64,000 nucleotides of DNA, taken from the sequence record MN850566.1; one strand, written 5' to 3'. The notes beneath the pieces were generated by a model. It worked only from the letters and a program-made list of their open reading frames with translations, was not told the DNA's origin and searched no databases. Positions 48,953-58,261 of this stretch are shown here, in pieces (position 1 is the stretch's first letter; every line of letters begins with the position of its first letter). The stretch is from Escherichia phage garuso. The translations under genes and the position numbers were made by a program.

Positions 48953-48990
48953 ACGCCGCAACGGGGCTAAATAGCCCCAGATACCTTTAC

Positions 48991-49017
48991 AGCCCCTTTC
49001 CCATAGGGGCTTTTTTA
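48991..49017 (+). terminator. rho-independent terminator ending the plus-strand block
   Basis: AGCCCCT-TTCCCAT-AGGGGCT followed by TTTTTT. Confidence 0.6.
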
Positions 49018-49019
49018 CG

Positions 49020-50550
49020 TCTTATCAAATCCCTTATACAACCCTTTCCCTTTCCTTTCCAGAATCTTATCAGACCTTAAAAAGCAATAACTCTATAGTC
49101 TACTCTATAGCCTTTTATCAAATCAACTTAAATATAAGCCCATAACCCGAAAGGGAAGGGCAACCGTTTAAACGCTCTATAAAGCTCTATAACAGCCTTA
49201 TCAACCTAACTTAAGGGATTGCATTAACTCACCCTAAAAAGCCCTTTATAAAGCTTCCCAGAGACTTAAAAGAATCTTATAAGGGTGTAAGCTTTATCAT
49301 CTCGTTAGCTATCTTGTGAACTACTAAACAAGCCCCTTGATAGTAACTGAAAAGTATGTTATAGGGGCTTTAAAGTTACTTTGAAGTAGCTTAAAAGTTA
49401 CGTAAATGCTAGCCCCCTTAACATTTTCTTAACAATTTCTTAACAATCCCTACATAGTTATGCTTTTAAGACACTTGTTAGCAACTTGTTAGCCCCTTGT
49501 TAAATCTCTGTTAAGACCACGTAAAAGCCTTGTAAGAACCTTTGACATAGCCTTAAAAGCTCCTGTAAAGCCCTATAAAGAGCTATCTGTACAGTTGGGG
49601 GGTAAATACTAGGAAGAGACTTAAAAGGGGTTATACAGAGCTATACAGAGCTTTTAAGAGGTATGTTTAAAGAATCACTAAGAAAGGAAAGGGAACGATA
49701 AGAAAAGAGTAGTGACCATGTTAATAGCTTGTTAAAAAGATTAAACACTTGTTAGAGACTTGTTAATTATCTTAACAAAATAACTCTTAACATTTAACTA
49801 CTTAGCTCTTGTTAGTCATCTGTTAAGATTCTGTAAAGCCTATTCAGCACTTGTTAAGAAACTGTTACACCCTTGTTAGTTCTGTTAAGAAACTGTTAAG
49901 ACCTTTGAAGAGTTGTTAAGAAGATGTGAGAACTGTTAAGAGATTGTTAAGGATATTTTAAAATTTTGCAAAGTACTTGTAAGGGAGCTGTTAAGGGCTA
50001 CCAAGCAGATATACATCCTAGACAGATATTTTTCAGTTCCTTCAAAGACCCTAAAAAATGACTTGATAGTCCTATTTTATAAAAATTTTAAAATTCTGAA
50101 TAATTACCTATACAGTCTTTTAAAAATACAGGTAGAAACAGGCTTATAAGATACCTTGTTAGTACCGTGTTAGACCTTGTGAGATAAGGTCTGTAAAGAT
50201 ATTCCTGTTAAGTTTGTTAAAACAGTCTATATAGAGGCTTAGTAATACCTAGTGAACACCTATAGAGGGTATCATAGCTAACCTAGAGATTAAGAGGTGT
50301 ATAGGAGCTTCTAAGAGGGTATAGAGAGATGGTTAAGGTGATTGTATAGGTTGTTTAGAAGGCTTGTTAGAAGAGTGTTTAGAAGGGCTATACAGAGGGG
50401 CTATTAAGACCACTAGATAGTTACTAAGATACTATATAGTACTATATAACTATATAGAGAGTAAGATTAAGAAGGTTGTTAAGAAGGATGTTAAGAAGGA
50501 TAGATATTTTATTCACATATGATGGTGACCCAGAGGTTGGGACAACCGAT
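49020..50550. repeat. ORF-free region with more than 20 TGTTA(A/G) repeats phased at about 11 bp
   Basis: e.g. CTTGTTAGCAA-CTTGTTAGCCC-CTTGTTAAATC-TCTGTTAAGAC near 49470-49515 and TGTTAAGAAACTGTTACACCCTTGTTAGTTCTGTTAAGAAACTGTTAAGA near 49850-49900; no ORF of 60 aa or more on either strand. Confidence 0.7.
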
Positions 50551-50551
50551 G

Positions 50552-50584
50552 AAATTTTATAAAAATTAAAAAGCCCCCAACTAA
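50552..50584 (-). terminator. rho-independent terminator ending the minus-strand block
   Basis: Minus strand AGCCTCC-TTAGTT-GGGGGCT followed by TTTTTAATTTTT. Confidence 0.5.
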
Positions 50585-50602
50585 GGAGGCTCTTAAGATA
50601 TT

Positions 50603-51196
50603 TTAAATCAGTGTTTCCAGAACTGTCTTCAGTGATGACTTGGTTGTCTGATAAAAATGAGTAAATCCATTGTTGTTATCAAACACCTGCATCATGATAT
50701 CATCTCCCTTGATTGGGTATACTCGGATATCATAGTGGAACCCATTAAAGACAGCAGAACCATTACAGAATGCACTAAAGTCATCCACTGAGATATACTC
50801 TTCATGACCTGTGATTTTTATGCAAACACCTTTACTCGGTCTCTTAGGGTTGATATCCTCCATCACAGACATACTCTGTCCACCAAGAGATATCATAGTG
50901 ACCACTTTACGGTTCTTCTGTCTAAAGTACATCTTAACTTTCTGTAAAGTGTCTTCATAGAACGGATAAGACTTCTCTACAAAGATGCCTTCTAATGGCT
51001 CTTTGCCGTTTACAATACCTCTGGTATGACGTACTGAGAAGATAAGTTGCTCTAGTATGTCAAGGCTTTCTTCGGAGAGTGCTTCCCGAATATCATTCCA
51101 GTCAAGGACTAGGTAGTTGCCTTCAACTTCTTTTAAGTTATCTTTTTTCATATCTATCACACCATTATCGTAAAACTTGGTAATCTGGGGCTGCAA
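50603..51196 (-). CDS. hypothetical protein
   Basis: 197 aa ORF. Confidence 0.5.
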   Translation of the reverse strand: MQPQITKFYDNGVIDMKKDNLKEVEGNYLVLDWNDIREALSEESLDILEQLIFSVRHTRGIVNGKEPLEGIFVEKSYPFYEDTLQKVKMYFRQKNRKVVTMISLGGQSMSVMEDINPKRPSKGVCIKITGHEEYISVDDFSAFCNGSAVFNGFHYDIRVYPIKGDDIMMQVFDNNNGFTHFYQTTKSSLKTVLETLI

Positions 51197-51629
51197 ACTT
51201 GTTGTCTTTGTTTTTAATGAGGTCTTCTTTTGTTACAAAGAATGTAAGCCCACATAAGTGTGTATAGTGGCTACCATACTCAAATACTTTAAGTAAGTAT
51301 TCGCCATCATCATAAACATGCTCTACTACACCTTTTGCAACAATCTTCCCAGTCTTGAAGTCTTTAAGAGGGTATACGTTACCAACTTTAGGGACTGTTT
51401 TCATCTCAGGTTCTTTTAGTTTCTCACCAACTTCTACATCACCTAGTAAGTGAGAACTTTCAAAAGCTACATATTGCATATAAGCTTCTGAGCATTCCCA
51501 GATAAAGCAATGTACAAGAGCCTTAGCAGCATGTCTTGAACAATTCAACTTATCACAAATCTCTTTGTACATTTCATCTTTAGTTGAGTTGTCAAGCATT
51601 GCTTTTTGAACAACTTCTTTAATTTTCAT
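51165..51629 (-). CDS. hypothetical protein
   Basis: 154 aa ORF. Confidence 0.5.
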   Translation of the reverse strand: MKIKEVVQKAMLDNSTKDEMYKEICDKLNCSRHAAKALVHCFIWECSEAYMQYVAFESSHLLGDVEVGEKLKEPEMKTVPKVGNVYPLKDFKTGKIVAKGVVEHVYDDGEYLLKVFEYGSHYTHLCGLTFFVTKEDLIKNKDNKFAAPDYQVLR

Positions 51630-51682
51630 TTCGCTACCTTCTAAGTTTCTACAAAGGGGCTATCAAGTAGCCCCTCAAGTTA

Positions 51683-51907
51683 CTACTCAGACTTTTCAGT
51701 CTTCTTATCGGATTTCTTACTAGTCTTCTTCTCAGCTTTCTGTTCAGGTTCCTTCTCAGAAGTTGCCTTGATAACCATATCAAGAAGCTCTGATAAATCA
51801 CTCTTCAGCAAAGTAACAGGCTGCTCGTTGTAGAAGTTTTTGTCAAGATAAATTTTGAACTCTTCAATAGATGGAAATCCAAAAATTGGTACAGGTGTCT
51901 TAATCAT
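51683..51907 (-). CDS. hypothetical protein
   Basis: 74 aa, Lys/Glu-rich C-terminus. Confidence 0.4.
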   Translation of the reverse strand: MIKTPVPIFGFPSIEEFKIYLDKNFYNEQPVTLLKSDLSELLDMVIKATSEKEPEQKAEKKTSKKSDKKTEKSE

Positions 51908-51983
51908 TACTTAGTCTCTCCATAGGCATCTTTTAAGATTGCCTTGTTAATCATTTCAGCGATTGCAAAACGAACACATACAG

Positions 51984-52517
51984 CTATAATTGTAGGTTGC
52001 ATTCTTTACTTACCTCTTCAAGTTTAACCTCAGAGTCCTTAAGTCGTTTCTTATGAACTCTGAACCTTATTAGTGAGACGATAATACCAGCTAAAGGAAC
52101 AGCATACAAGTACCAGATATCATGTATCTTTGTAGTAATCTGTGTAATGGTCAAATCTTGAGCTATGCAGCTAATTGCTGATACTGCCAGTAGCATTGCT
52201 AAGAAGAACGCCAGTACCATAACAATACTTAGGCAACCTCTGGCATGGTGTTCATGCTTAATACACTTATTCTTTTCGTCAACAACTCTGTTGTAGTCAT
52301 TTGCAAAGTCTCTGTAGAAAGCTTTCAGGTATTCTTGAGTGTAGCCTTCAAAGCAACCTGTACCATACCAATAATCACCACCAAAATGTGCTATGATACC
52401 AACCTCTCCATTTGGTTTCGTCACTCTTAAAGAAGTATGATGGCAAGTATCCTGAAAATCTATCTTGTATCTTTCTTCGTAAATCATTTTCCAACCCCTC
52501 TCAATCGTTTGTTCCAC
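51984..52517 (-). CDS. hypothetical membrane protein
   Basis: 177 aa with two hydrophobic segments. Confidence 0.45.
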   Translation of the reverse strand: MEQTIERGWKMIYEERYKIDFQDTCHHTSLRVTKPNGEVGIIAHFGGDYWYGTGCFEGYTQEYLKAFYRDFANDYNRVVDEKNKCIKHEHHARGCLSIVMVLAFFLAMLLAVSAISCIAQDLTITQITTKIHDIWYLYAVPLAGIIVSLIRFRVHKKRLKDSEVKLEEVSKECNLQL

Positions 52518-52702
52518 TCAAGGTCAACAAGTCTTTGCAGGACTTTCCCTCTAGGTGTTACGCCTTTTAAATCTGCATCATAGCAACGGTAAAAGTCACC
52601 TTCAGCGTGCTTACCATAGCATTTTCTGATATTCTGGCTTCTACGATACTGTTCTAACAGGGAAAGTTTGTAGTAATCTTCAACTGTAGTTAACTTTTTC
52701 AT
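52484..52702 (-). CDS. hypothetical protein
   Basis: 72 aa ORF. Confidence 0.4.
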   Translation of the reverse strand: MKKLTTVEDYYKLSLLEQYRRSQNIRKCYGKHAEGDFYRCYDADLKGVTPRGKVLQRLVDLEWNKRLRGVGK

Positions 52703-52785
52703 TCTTTTACCATGTCTCTTATCTAGAAACTAAAAAGGGAACTACCTCTCGATAGCTCCCATCATAATCAGTTTTGTATACTCGG

Positions 52786-53367
52786 TCAAGAGTATTTTTT
52801 AGGCAGTAATGCACTGCGCTTGTTACTCTCTTCACTCAATAGTGCGATAAAATCATCACTTTTACCTTTCCACGGGCTGAATGAAGGGATATGTTCACGG
52901 ATAGCCTCGATAACCGTCTTAAGTGCTGTGTTCTTCATCCACCAATCAGAATCTGCTGATGCTATCACGTAGTATCCACCGTCATCAGTTAAAATTGGCT
53001 CTGAAATACATGGTGAAATCAAAGTGGTGATGATTGAACCATTGTTCATGTAATATGTGCGCTTAATAACCTTTTCAAGAAGCTTGTGAAGGTCACCAAA
53101 CAGTGTTACAAGTTCTTTGTGGTCGATGTCTTTTTCTAGGTTTGCTCGGTACTTCAATAGTGCAGCGTCAACCTCTCTGTCATTAAACTTGAAATATTGA
53201 ACTTCATCAACAAGGCAAACACTGATGTTGTTAACATTCATAGTCAGCTTGCAAACTTTTGCAGGAGAGTTGATGCTTGGTTGAAAAAGTGCAACACACC
53301 CTTCAATATTTCCAAAGTGTTGTACAAGTGTTACTTGTGGAATGATATCCTGTTGCTCTTCGGACAT
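52786..53367 (-). CDS. hypothetical protein
   Basis: 193 aa ORF. Confidence 0.5.
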   Translation of the reverse strand: MSEEQQDIIPQVTLVQHFGNIEGCVALFQPSINSPAKVCKLTMNVNNISVCLVDEVQYFKFNDREVDAALLKYRANLEKDIDHKELVTLFGDLHKLLEKVIKRTYYMNNGSIITTLISPCISEPILTDDGGYYVIASADSDWWMKNTALKTVIEAIREHIPSFSPWKGKSDDFIALLSEESNKRSALLPKKYS

Positions 53368-53711
53368 TACAGTTTCCTCATTAAATACTTTTTAAGTTGT
53401 GTGTTAGGTTTCTCAAAAACTTCTATAGAAGATATCTTGACAGCTTCACCACGCATACCTGTATGTTTGAATATATAATACTCTAACATCCCTATGTACT
53501 TTGCTGGTAAGTCATGTTTGACATACACCGTCACAGAATCTTCAAATTCAACGACCTTTGTACCATCTTTGTAGTTAAACTCTTTAGGATGGTTGTAGTT
53601 GTCTATGTCATACATTAAAAAGAGTCTTTTACGTTGTAAGTCAAGCTTATTTGTTAAAGACTCTTTGATATCTGAGAAGTTTTTGTACACTGTGACATGG
53701 AGCTTACTCAT
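53367..53711 (-). CDS. hypothetical protein
   Basis: 114 aa ORF. Confidence 0.45.
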   Translation of the reverse strand: MSKLHVTVYKNFSDIKESLTNKLDLQRKRLFLMYDIDNYNHPKEFNYKDGTKVVEFEDSVTVYVKHDLPAKYIGMLEYYIFKHTGMRGEAVKISSIEVFEKPNTQLKKYLMRKL

Positions 53712-53997
53712 CGTTAAACTCTCTGACGAAGAAATAGTTGACTTTGTTATTACCTACCATAAGGTCAAAGCAGGTATTCTCAAAAGGTTTGTTGTAGGCA
53801 TCATATGAAACATATGGGTCAGCTACTTGCTTAGTGCTTAACTTCTTACTTGATGGGTTTAAGAGGCCACCATACAGCTTCTTGATAGACTCTTCTACAA
53901 CAGACCAGATGATTTCGTCAGTAATTTCTTCGTACAGGTCAAGTTCACGCTCTAGTGAGAAGTCACAAATAGGGAAAATAACCTGTACTTTACTCAT
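53704..53997 (-). CDS. hypothetical protein
   Basis: 97 aa ORF. Confidence 0.45.
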   Translation of the reverse strand: MSKVQVIFPICDFSLERELDLYEEITDEIIWSVVEESIKKLYGGLLNPSSKKLSTKQVADPYVSYDAYNKPFENTCFDLMVGNNKVNYFFVREFNDE

Positions 53998-54392
53998 TAG
54001 CGAATGACCTGTGTTACCTGAATAGCTTCAGTTACTGACAAATCACCAACCGTTTCTTCTTTGACGAAGGTGAAGGTAAGTTCAACAGGCTCTTGTTCTT
54101 CCTGCTCAACCGGAATACCGTTAAGCTCATCAAAGATTGATTGAGTTGTCCAGTCTTCTCCACCATCTGGGTAGTGGATTGCGTAAAGTGGAAACTCTAA
54201 ATTATACCAAGCAAAAACAGGGCAACCATCTGCATCATCTCGACATCTGTGGAGACATGTGTTTGTACCTTCAAAATGCAAATGGAGATTACCATTCTTC
54301 TCAAATAGAAGAGCATCTTGCAGGTCTAGTTCCTCATTTTCGCTGTAACGGCTGACATCAACCTTAACATGGATATGACTGTTATTATTCAT
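53997..54392 (-). CDS. hypothetical protein
   Basis: 131 aa ORF. Confidence 0.45.
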   Translation of the reverse strand: MNNNSHIHVKVDVSRYSENEELDLQDALLFEKNGNLHLHFEGTNTCLHRCRDDADGCPVFAWYNLEFPLYAIHYPDGGEDWTTQSIFDELNGIPVEQEEQEPVELTFTFVKEETVGDLSVTEAIQVTQVIR

Positions 54393-54783
54393 AAAAACCT
54401 CTCTCTGCTTGTTCGATTTTTGCTCTTAAAATTTCGCAATGTTGTAAATGGTAGTTAGCTTCTTGTTCATGTGTTGCTAACTGCCTTTCAAGAACAGTTT
54501 TATAATAACCTGCAAGTTGCTCTTTTGTCAACGGGTGTTCTGAAATAATATCGAGTCCACTTTCGCCAAGAGGGTTGAATTGTCCATGCTCATTGACATT
54601 GTAAGTCTCAAACTTGAACAGGCCATTGTTCACAGACTCAATAGGTGACAGTTCAACAAGCTCTACAGTAAACCGTGTATATACCTTGTCACCTCTTGAA
54701 ACCACATTGTTCCCGACAATGCGTACAAGCGAGCCATTACGAGTGTACTTAAAAGTTCCAAAGTCGCTAGCCCAAAGCTTCAT
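54385..54783 (-). CDS. hypothetical protein
   Basis: 132 aa ORF. Confidence 0.45.
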   Translation of the reverse strand: MKLWASDFGTFKYTRNGSLVRIVGNNVVSRGDKVYTRFTVELVELSPIESVNNGLFKFETYNVNEHGQFNPLGESGLDIISEHPLTKEQLAGYYKTVLERQLATHEQEANYHLQHCEILRAKIEQAERGFYE

Positions 54784-54801
54784 AGTTTTCTCCTTAGAAA
54801 A

Positions 54802-54826
54802 TAAAAAAGGCTCCCGAAGGAGCCTA
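54802..54826 (-). terminator. rho-independent terminator
   Basis: Minus strand AGGCTCC-TTCG-GGAGCCT followed by TTTTTTATTTT. Confidence 0.6.
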
Positions 54827-54834
54827 TGAAGATA

Positions 54835-55299
54835 TTACTTTGGATATACACTGTCAAGATAAATGTCAGCTTCCATTCTACGTCTGTTTTTCAGGCCGTT
54901 TGAAGTGACCTTCTTACCTTTCACTGTAACCTTGTTCCACCACTGCATAGCTTCTGCACAACCTACCTTATTACCAGCATTGTGGCGCTTGATAAATGTA
55001 GAATCCTGCATAGCTGTGATGCCGATGTTGTATGTTTCACTTACAAGTGCATCAAACTCGTTCTGAGAAGTTGGAACCTTGATGGCTTTGTTCACTGCTG
55101 CAACGAACTTTTCAACATCTGCAAGAAGATACTGTTCAGCTTGTTCAGCGGTAATCTTCATACCCATCTTAACAGGCTTCCCACCAATACGAATTGTCCC
55201 ATACCCGATTGTAGGGATTCCGGCAGAGTCTTCGTAAGCCTCTAACTTCAGACCTTCGAAGAACTTAATAGCATCTAAACCTTTTCTTGAGAGTTGCAT
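54835..55299 (-). CDS. endolysin, GH24 lysozyme
   Basis: 154 aa; GLKLEAYEDSAGIPTIGYGT matches catalytic region of phage lysozymes (T4 E / lambdoid family). Confidence 0.8.
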   Translation of the reverse strand: MQLSRKGLDAIKFFEGLKLEAYEDSAGIPTIGYGTIRIGGKPVKMGMKITAEQAEQYLLADVEKFVAAVNKAIKVPTSQNEFDALVSETYNIGITAMQDSTFIKRHNAGNKVGCAEAMQWWNKVTVKGKKVTSNGLKNRRRMEADIYLDSVYPK

Positions 55300-56183
55300 T
55301 ATGCCTCCCCTGCTGGATTAACTGTAACTGTTGCTGCATTAGATGTTACAGAGCCACCTGCGCCAGTAACTACACAGGTGTAGCTTCCTGAATCAGCAGC
55401 GGTTGCACCTTCTTTGGTGTAGGTTGCAGTAGTTGCATCGAGGATGTCTTCCTCATCTTTCTTCCACTGATAACCTGTTGCACCTGTTGCCACAACATTC
55501 AACGTTAAGGTCTCACCTTCATTGATTTCTTGATTGGTTGGCTGTTGAGTGATGACAGGAAGTGCATTCACAGTCACTGTTGCTGCATCTGAGGTAACAC
55601 TTGTTCCACCCTCTCCAGATACAACACAAGTGTATGAACCAGCATCAGAAGGTGCTACTGACTGTTTTGTGTAAGTTGCAGAATTGGCACTAGGGATGTC
55701 CTCACCATCCTTCTTCCACTGATATCCAGTGGCGTTAGTTGCTAGAATGCTTAGAGTAAGTGTGCCACCCTCATTGACTGTTTGACCTGTCGGTTGCTGA
55801 GTAATTGCTGGTGGCTTAATAGCATCCTTCAACTTAGCATTCAACATTGAGAACGGCTTAACTCTTGCCAACCATTCACAGTAAATTGTGTCAACATCTT
55901 TACCATTGATGATTGCATACTGCAAATCCATGAAGAAATCAGCAGTTCTCATCTGTGCACCAACACTGTAAAGCAATTCATCACTAAATGGAACTTTGTA
56001 GTCTGGTTTGTAGTCAAACTTCTCAACTTCTGCAATATCAGCTTCAGGCCAATATGAACTATAGGTAAGTGGTAAAATAGCCTCTTGATATGTTCTAAAA
56101 TCATACCTCTTACCAGCCTTTACATTTGCAATGAAACCCTTCACAAACTCTTTGAAGTCTGGGTAAGTCTTTGCTTTAATCAT
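55299..56183 (-). CDS. protein with two tandem Ig-like domains fused to a conserved N-terminal domain
   Basis: C-terminal duplicated about 90 aa units (QQPTGQTVNEGGTLTL...GSYTCVV / QQPTNQEINEGETLTL...GSYTCVV); N-terminal 125 aa paralogous to 56180-56551. Confidence 0.55.
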   Translation of the reverse strand: MIKAKTYPDFKEFVKGFIANVKAGKRYDFRTYQEAILPLTYSSYWPEADIAEVEKFDYKPDYKVPFSDELLYSVGAQMRTADFFMDLQYAIINGKDVDTIYCEWLARVKPFSMLNAKLKDAIKPPAITQQPTGQTVNEGGTLTLSILATNATGYQWKKDGEDIPSANSATYTKQSVAPSDAGSYTCVVSGEGGTSVTSDAATVTVNALPVITQQPTNQEINEGETLTLNVVATGATGYQWKKDEEDILDATTATYTKEGATAADSGSYTCVVTGAGGSVTSNAATVTVNPAGEA

Positions 56184-56551
56184 TTCTTTTTAGCCTCTAA
56201 ATGTGCGTTTAGTCTAAAATAACCTTTGTGATGCGGAGATACATCACCAACAACAATACCTTTAACCTTATAGCCTTTACCAATTACATACTGGATATCC
56301 ATAAGGAATCTTCCAAGTCCAACAATATGGAACATTGGATATAATAGGTTCTCAGAATCTGGAATATTGATTTCAGGTTTGTAGGTACGCTGTTCGATTG
56401 TTGGTGTAATATCTTCTTCAGGCCATTTGCTGAGTCTCCATGTCAAAGGTGTTGGGATAACATCATTAAGGTTGTACCTTTCACCATTTTGCACGGAATT
56501 GATATAGGATTGTAGGAAGCAATAAAAGTCTTTTGCACTCTTAGCTTTCAT
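56180..56551 (-). CDS. hypothetical protein, paralog of N-terminal domain of 55299-56183
   Basis: MKAKSAKDFYCFLQSYINSVQNGERYNL vs MIKAKTYPDFKEFVKGFIANVKAGKRYDF and later FLMDIQYVI vs FFMDLQYAI. Confidence 0.5.
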   Translation of the reverse strand: MKAKSAKDFYCFLQSYINSVQNGERYNLNDVIPTPLTWRLSKWPEEDITPTIEQRTYKPEINIPDSENLLYPMFHIVGLGRFLMDIQYVIGKGYKVKGIVVGDVSPHHKGYFRLNAHLEAKKK

Positions 56552-56598
56552 TAAATATCCTTATAAATAGTTAAAGGGGCATCAGCCCCTATTCACAC

Positions 56599-57189
56599 TT
56601 AAGCTTTGGTCTTAAGTAGGTTCTTAAGTTTTTTAAGATTCATACTCTCATCAAACTTAAAACCAAATCCATTGACATAATCAATGAACTCGGATTTCTT
56701 ACTGAGTGACAATGCGTAGCTCATATCAAAGTTCTTACTTGTTTCTGCGTCTGGGCTAGAGTTTACATCAAATGAAATTTCTGTAGGCTCTTGCTTACTT
56801 TTTCTCATATTATCAATCAACAAACATGTATAGTTTGCTGGATAGAAGTTTACACTACCATCAACGTAGCTGTACTTATTATTATGGATAAGGTTGGAAA
56901 ATACCTTAAGGAATGTTTCTGAGTCGTGGCAAACAAGTTTGAATTGGCTGCTCTCTCCAAGCGCAACTAATGAGTACGGACTTTCACTATCAAAGTCATA
57001 ATTTAGATTCGATGCCGTCACTGTTACACGCATCAAGTTATTAGCAATAGTCTTCTGTTTAAAAGAATTTTGAACATAGTGAAGACCTCTATCACACTGA
57101 TTGACTAGCTCTTTAAGCAGGTCATTTGCATATGGCGAATTAATTGATACAGAGCCATCACTATTGTAATTAAAACTTACTGTTAACAT
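56599..57189 (-). CDS. hypothetical protein
   Basis: 196 aa ORF. Confidence 0.5.
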   Translation of the reverse strand: MLTVSFNYNSDGSVSINSPYANDLLKELVNQCDRGLHYVQNSFKQKTIANNLMRVTVTASNLNYDFDSESPYSLVALGESSQFKLVCHDSETFLKVFSNLIHNNKYSYVDGSVNFYPANYTCLLIDNMRKSKQEPTEISFDVNSSPDAETSKNFDMSYALSLSKKSEFIDYVNGFGFKFDESMNLKKLKNLLKTKA

Positions 57190-57416
57190 TTTTCAGTTCT
57201 CCTGCGATTTATAATTTTGCTGCAATAGAGAAACGAAGTAAACTCACTGGAAGAAACCACTAAGTGTTGTTCACTAGATTGAGCCATTGCCCTGAAATAC
57301 ATTCCAGTCAAAGCATCATAGTGACTATTCTTTCCAATTGAGGTTATATAGCCATGACTCTTTGCAGTTTGATATAAATCTATAATATCTGCGATTTCTA
57401 ATTGGGAACTACACAT
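57183..57416 (-). CDS. hypothetical protein
   Basis: 77 aa ORF. Confidence 0.4.
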   Translation of the reverse strand: MCSSQLEIADIIDLYQTAKSHGYITSIGKNSHYDALTGMYFRAMAQSSEQHLVVSSSEFTSFLYCSKIINRRRTEKC

Positions 57417-57580
57417 AGATAATCCTCTTGTCTTCTGTAATTTTGAAAGAACAGGTACAGACCAATTTCAGAGGATGAATAGTAGATTAATTCTACCCTT
57501 TTTGATTCCTTACAGTGATTGGTATTCTTACCTTTCTTCGGTTTATTTGATTTTCTCATTAAGTCTCCTTTGTAGAACAA
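57398..57580 (-). CDS. hypothetical basic protein
   Basis: 60 aa ORF, first gene of minus block. Confidence 0.3.
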   Translation of the reverse strand: MFYKGDLMRKSNKPKKGKNTNHCKESKRVELIYYSSSEIGLYLFFQNYRRQEDYLCVVPN

Positions 57581-57649
57581 GGCAGACCTACAGCTTTAAG
57601 TAAGATGGTACAGTAATCCATACAACAAGTCAAGAACTATTGCAAGTTA

Positions 57650-57690
57650 AAAAAGTTGTTGACAAAGTACTTGACAAGGTGTAGGCTTAT
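57650..57690 (+). promoter_or_regulatory. candidate promoter with tandem TTGACA boxes
   Basis: GTTGACAAAGTACTTGACAAGGTGTAGGCTTATAAATAC; shares TTGACA-N-ACTTGACAAGGTG with 12110-12145. Confidence 0.35.
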
Positions 57691-57808
57691 AAATACTTAG
57701 AAGATAACTTAAAAGGTTCCTCTAAAAAGGCTATTTAAACAGATATCTTTCTGGATATCTATCTTTTATCTTAAAAGCCTTTTAAGAGGTCTTATAAGAG
57801 GCATACCA

Positions 57809-58180
57809 ATGAAAAACAGAACAAACAAAGGCCAGTTTAAAAAAGGCCAATCTGGAAACCCATCTGGAAGACCAAAAGGCTCTCGTAACAAAAGCTCACT
57901 TGTAAAAGCTCAACTGACCATTGATAATTCTGCTGAGTTTGCTGCAAAACTGTTTGAGGCGATTGTTACAAGGGACGCTGCTAAGCTTGCAGAGTTCGGG
58001 TTAAACACAGACGACGTAACCATCAAGAGTATGATTGAGGTCGGTAAAACCATCTTTACTCACTCAGCAGGTGAGATGAAAGCACTTGCAGCAGATACTA
58101 AGAAAACCCCTGATAATGGTGGTCAGCCACAGACAGATAACAAACCAACGTTCTCTGCTGTAGCGACTCTCAAAAAATAA
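57809..58180 (+). CDS. hypothetical protein with GNPSGRPKG motif
   Basis: 123 aa; N-terminal KKGQSGNPSGRPKGSRNK basic motif. Confidence 0.45.
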   Translation: MKNRTNKGQFKKGQSGNPSGRPKGSRNKSSLVKAQLTIDNSAEFAAKLFEAIVTRDAAKLAEFGLNTDDVTIKSMIEVGKTIFTHSAGEMKALAADTKKTPDNGGQPQTDNKPTFSAVATLKK

Positions 58181-58192
58181 TTTTAAAAGGTG

Positions 58193-58222
58193 TTGACAGA
58201 CTCTACAAAGTTGCTCTAAAGT
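58193..58222 (+). promoter_or_regulatory. sigma70-like promoter TTGACA-18-TAAAGT
   Basis: Upstream of 58262 gene. Confidence 0.45.
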
Positions 58223-58261
58223 CTGTCACATCAAACAACAAATGAGAGAAGAGAGTAAAAT

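Noticed and set aside
42832-48960. Regular repeat/unique-segment alternation that could superficially suggest a CRISPR array
   Set aside because: Repeats are about 85-90 nt in two families, contain promoter and SD elements, and the segments between them are 200-550 bp protein-coding ORFs.
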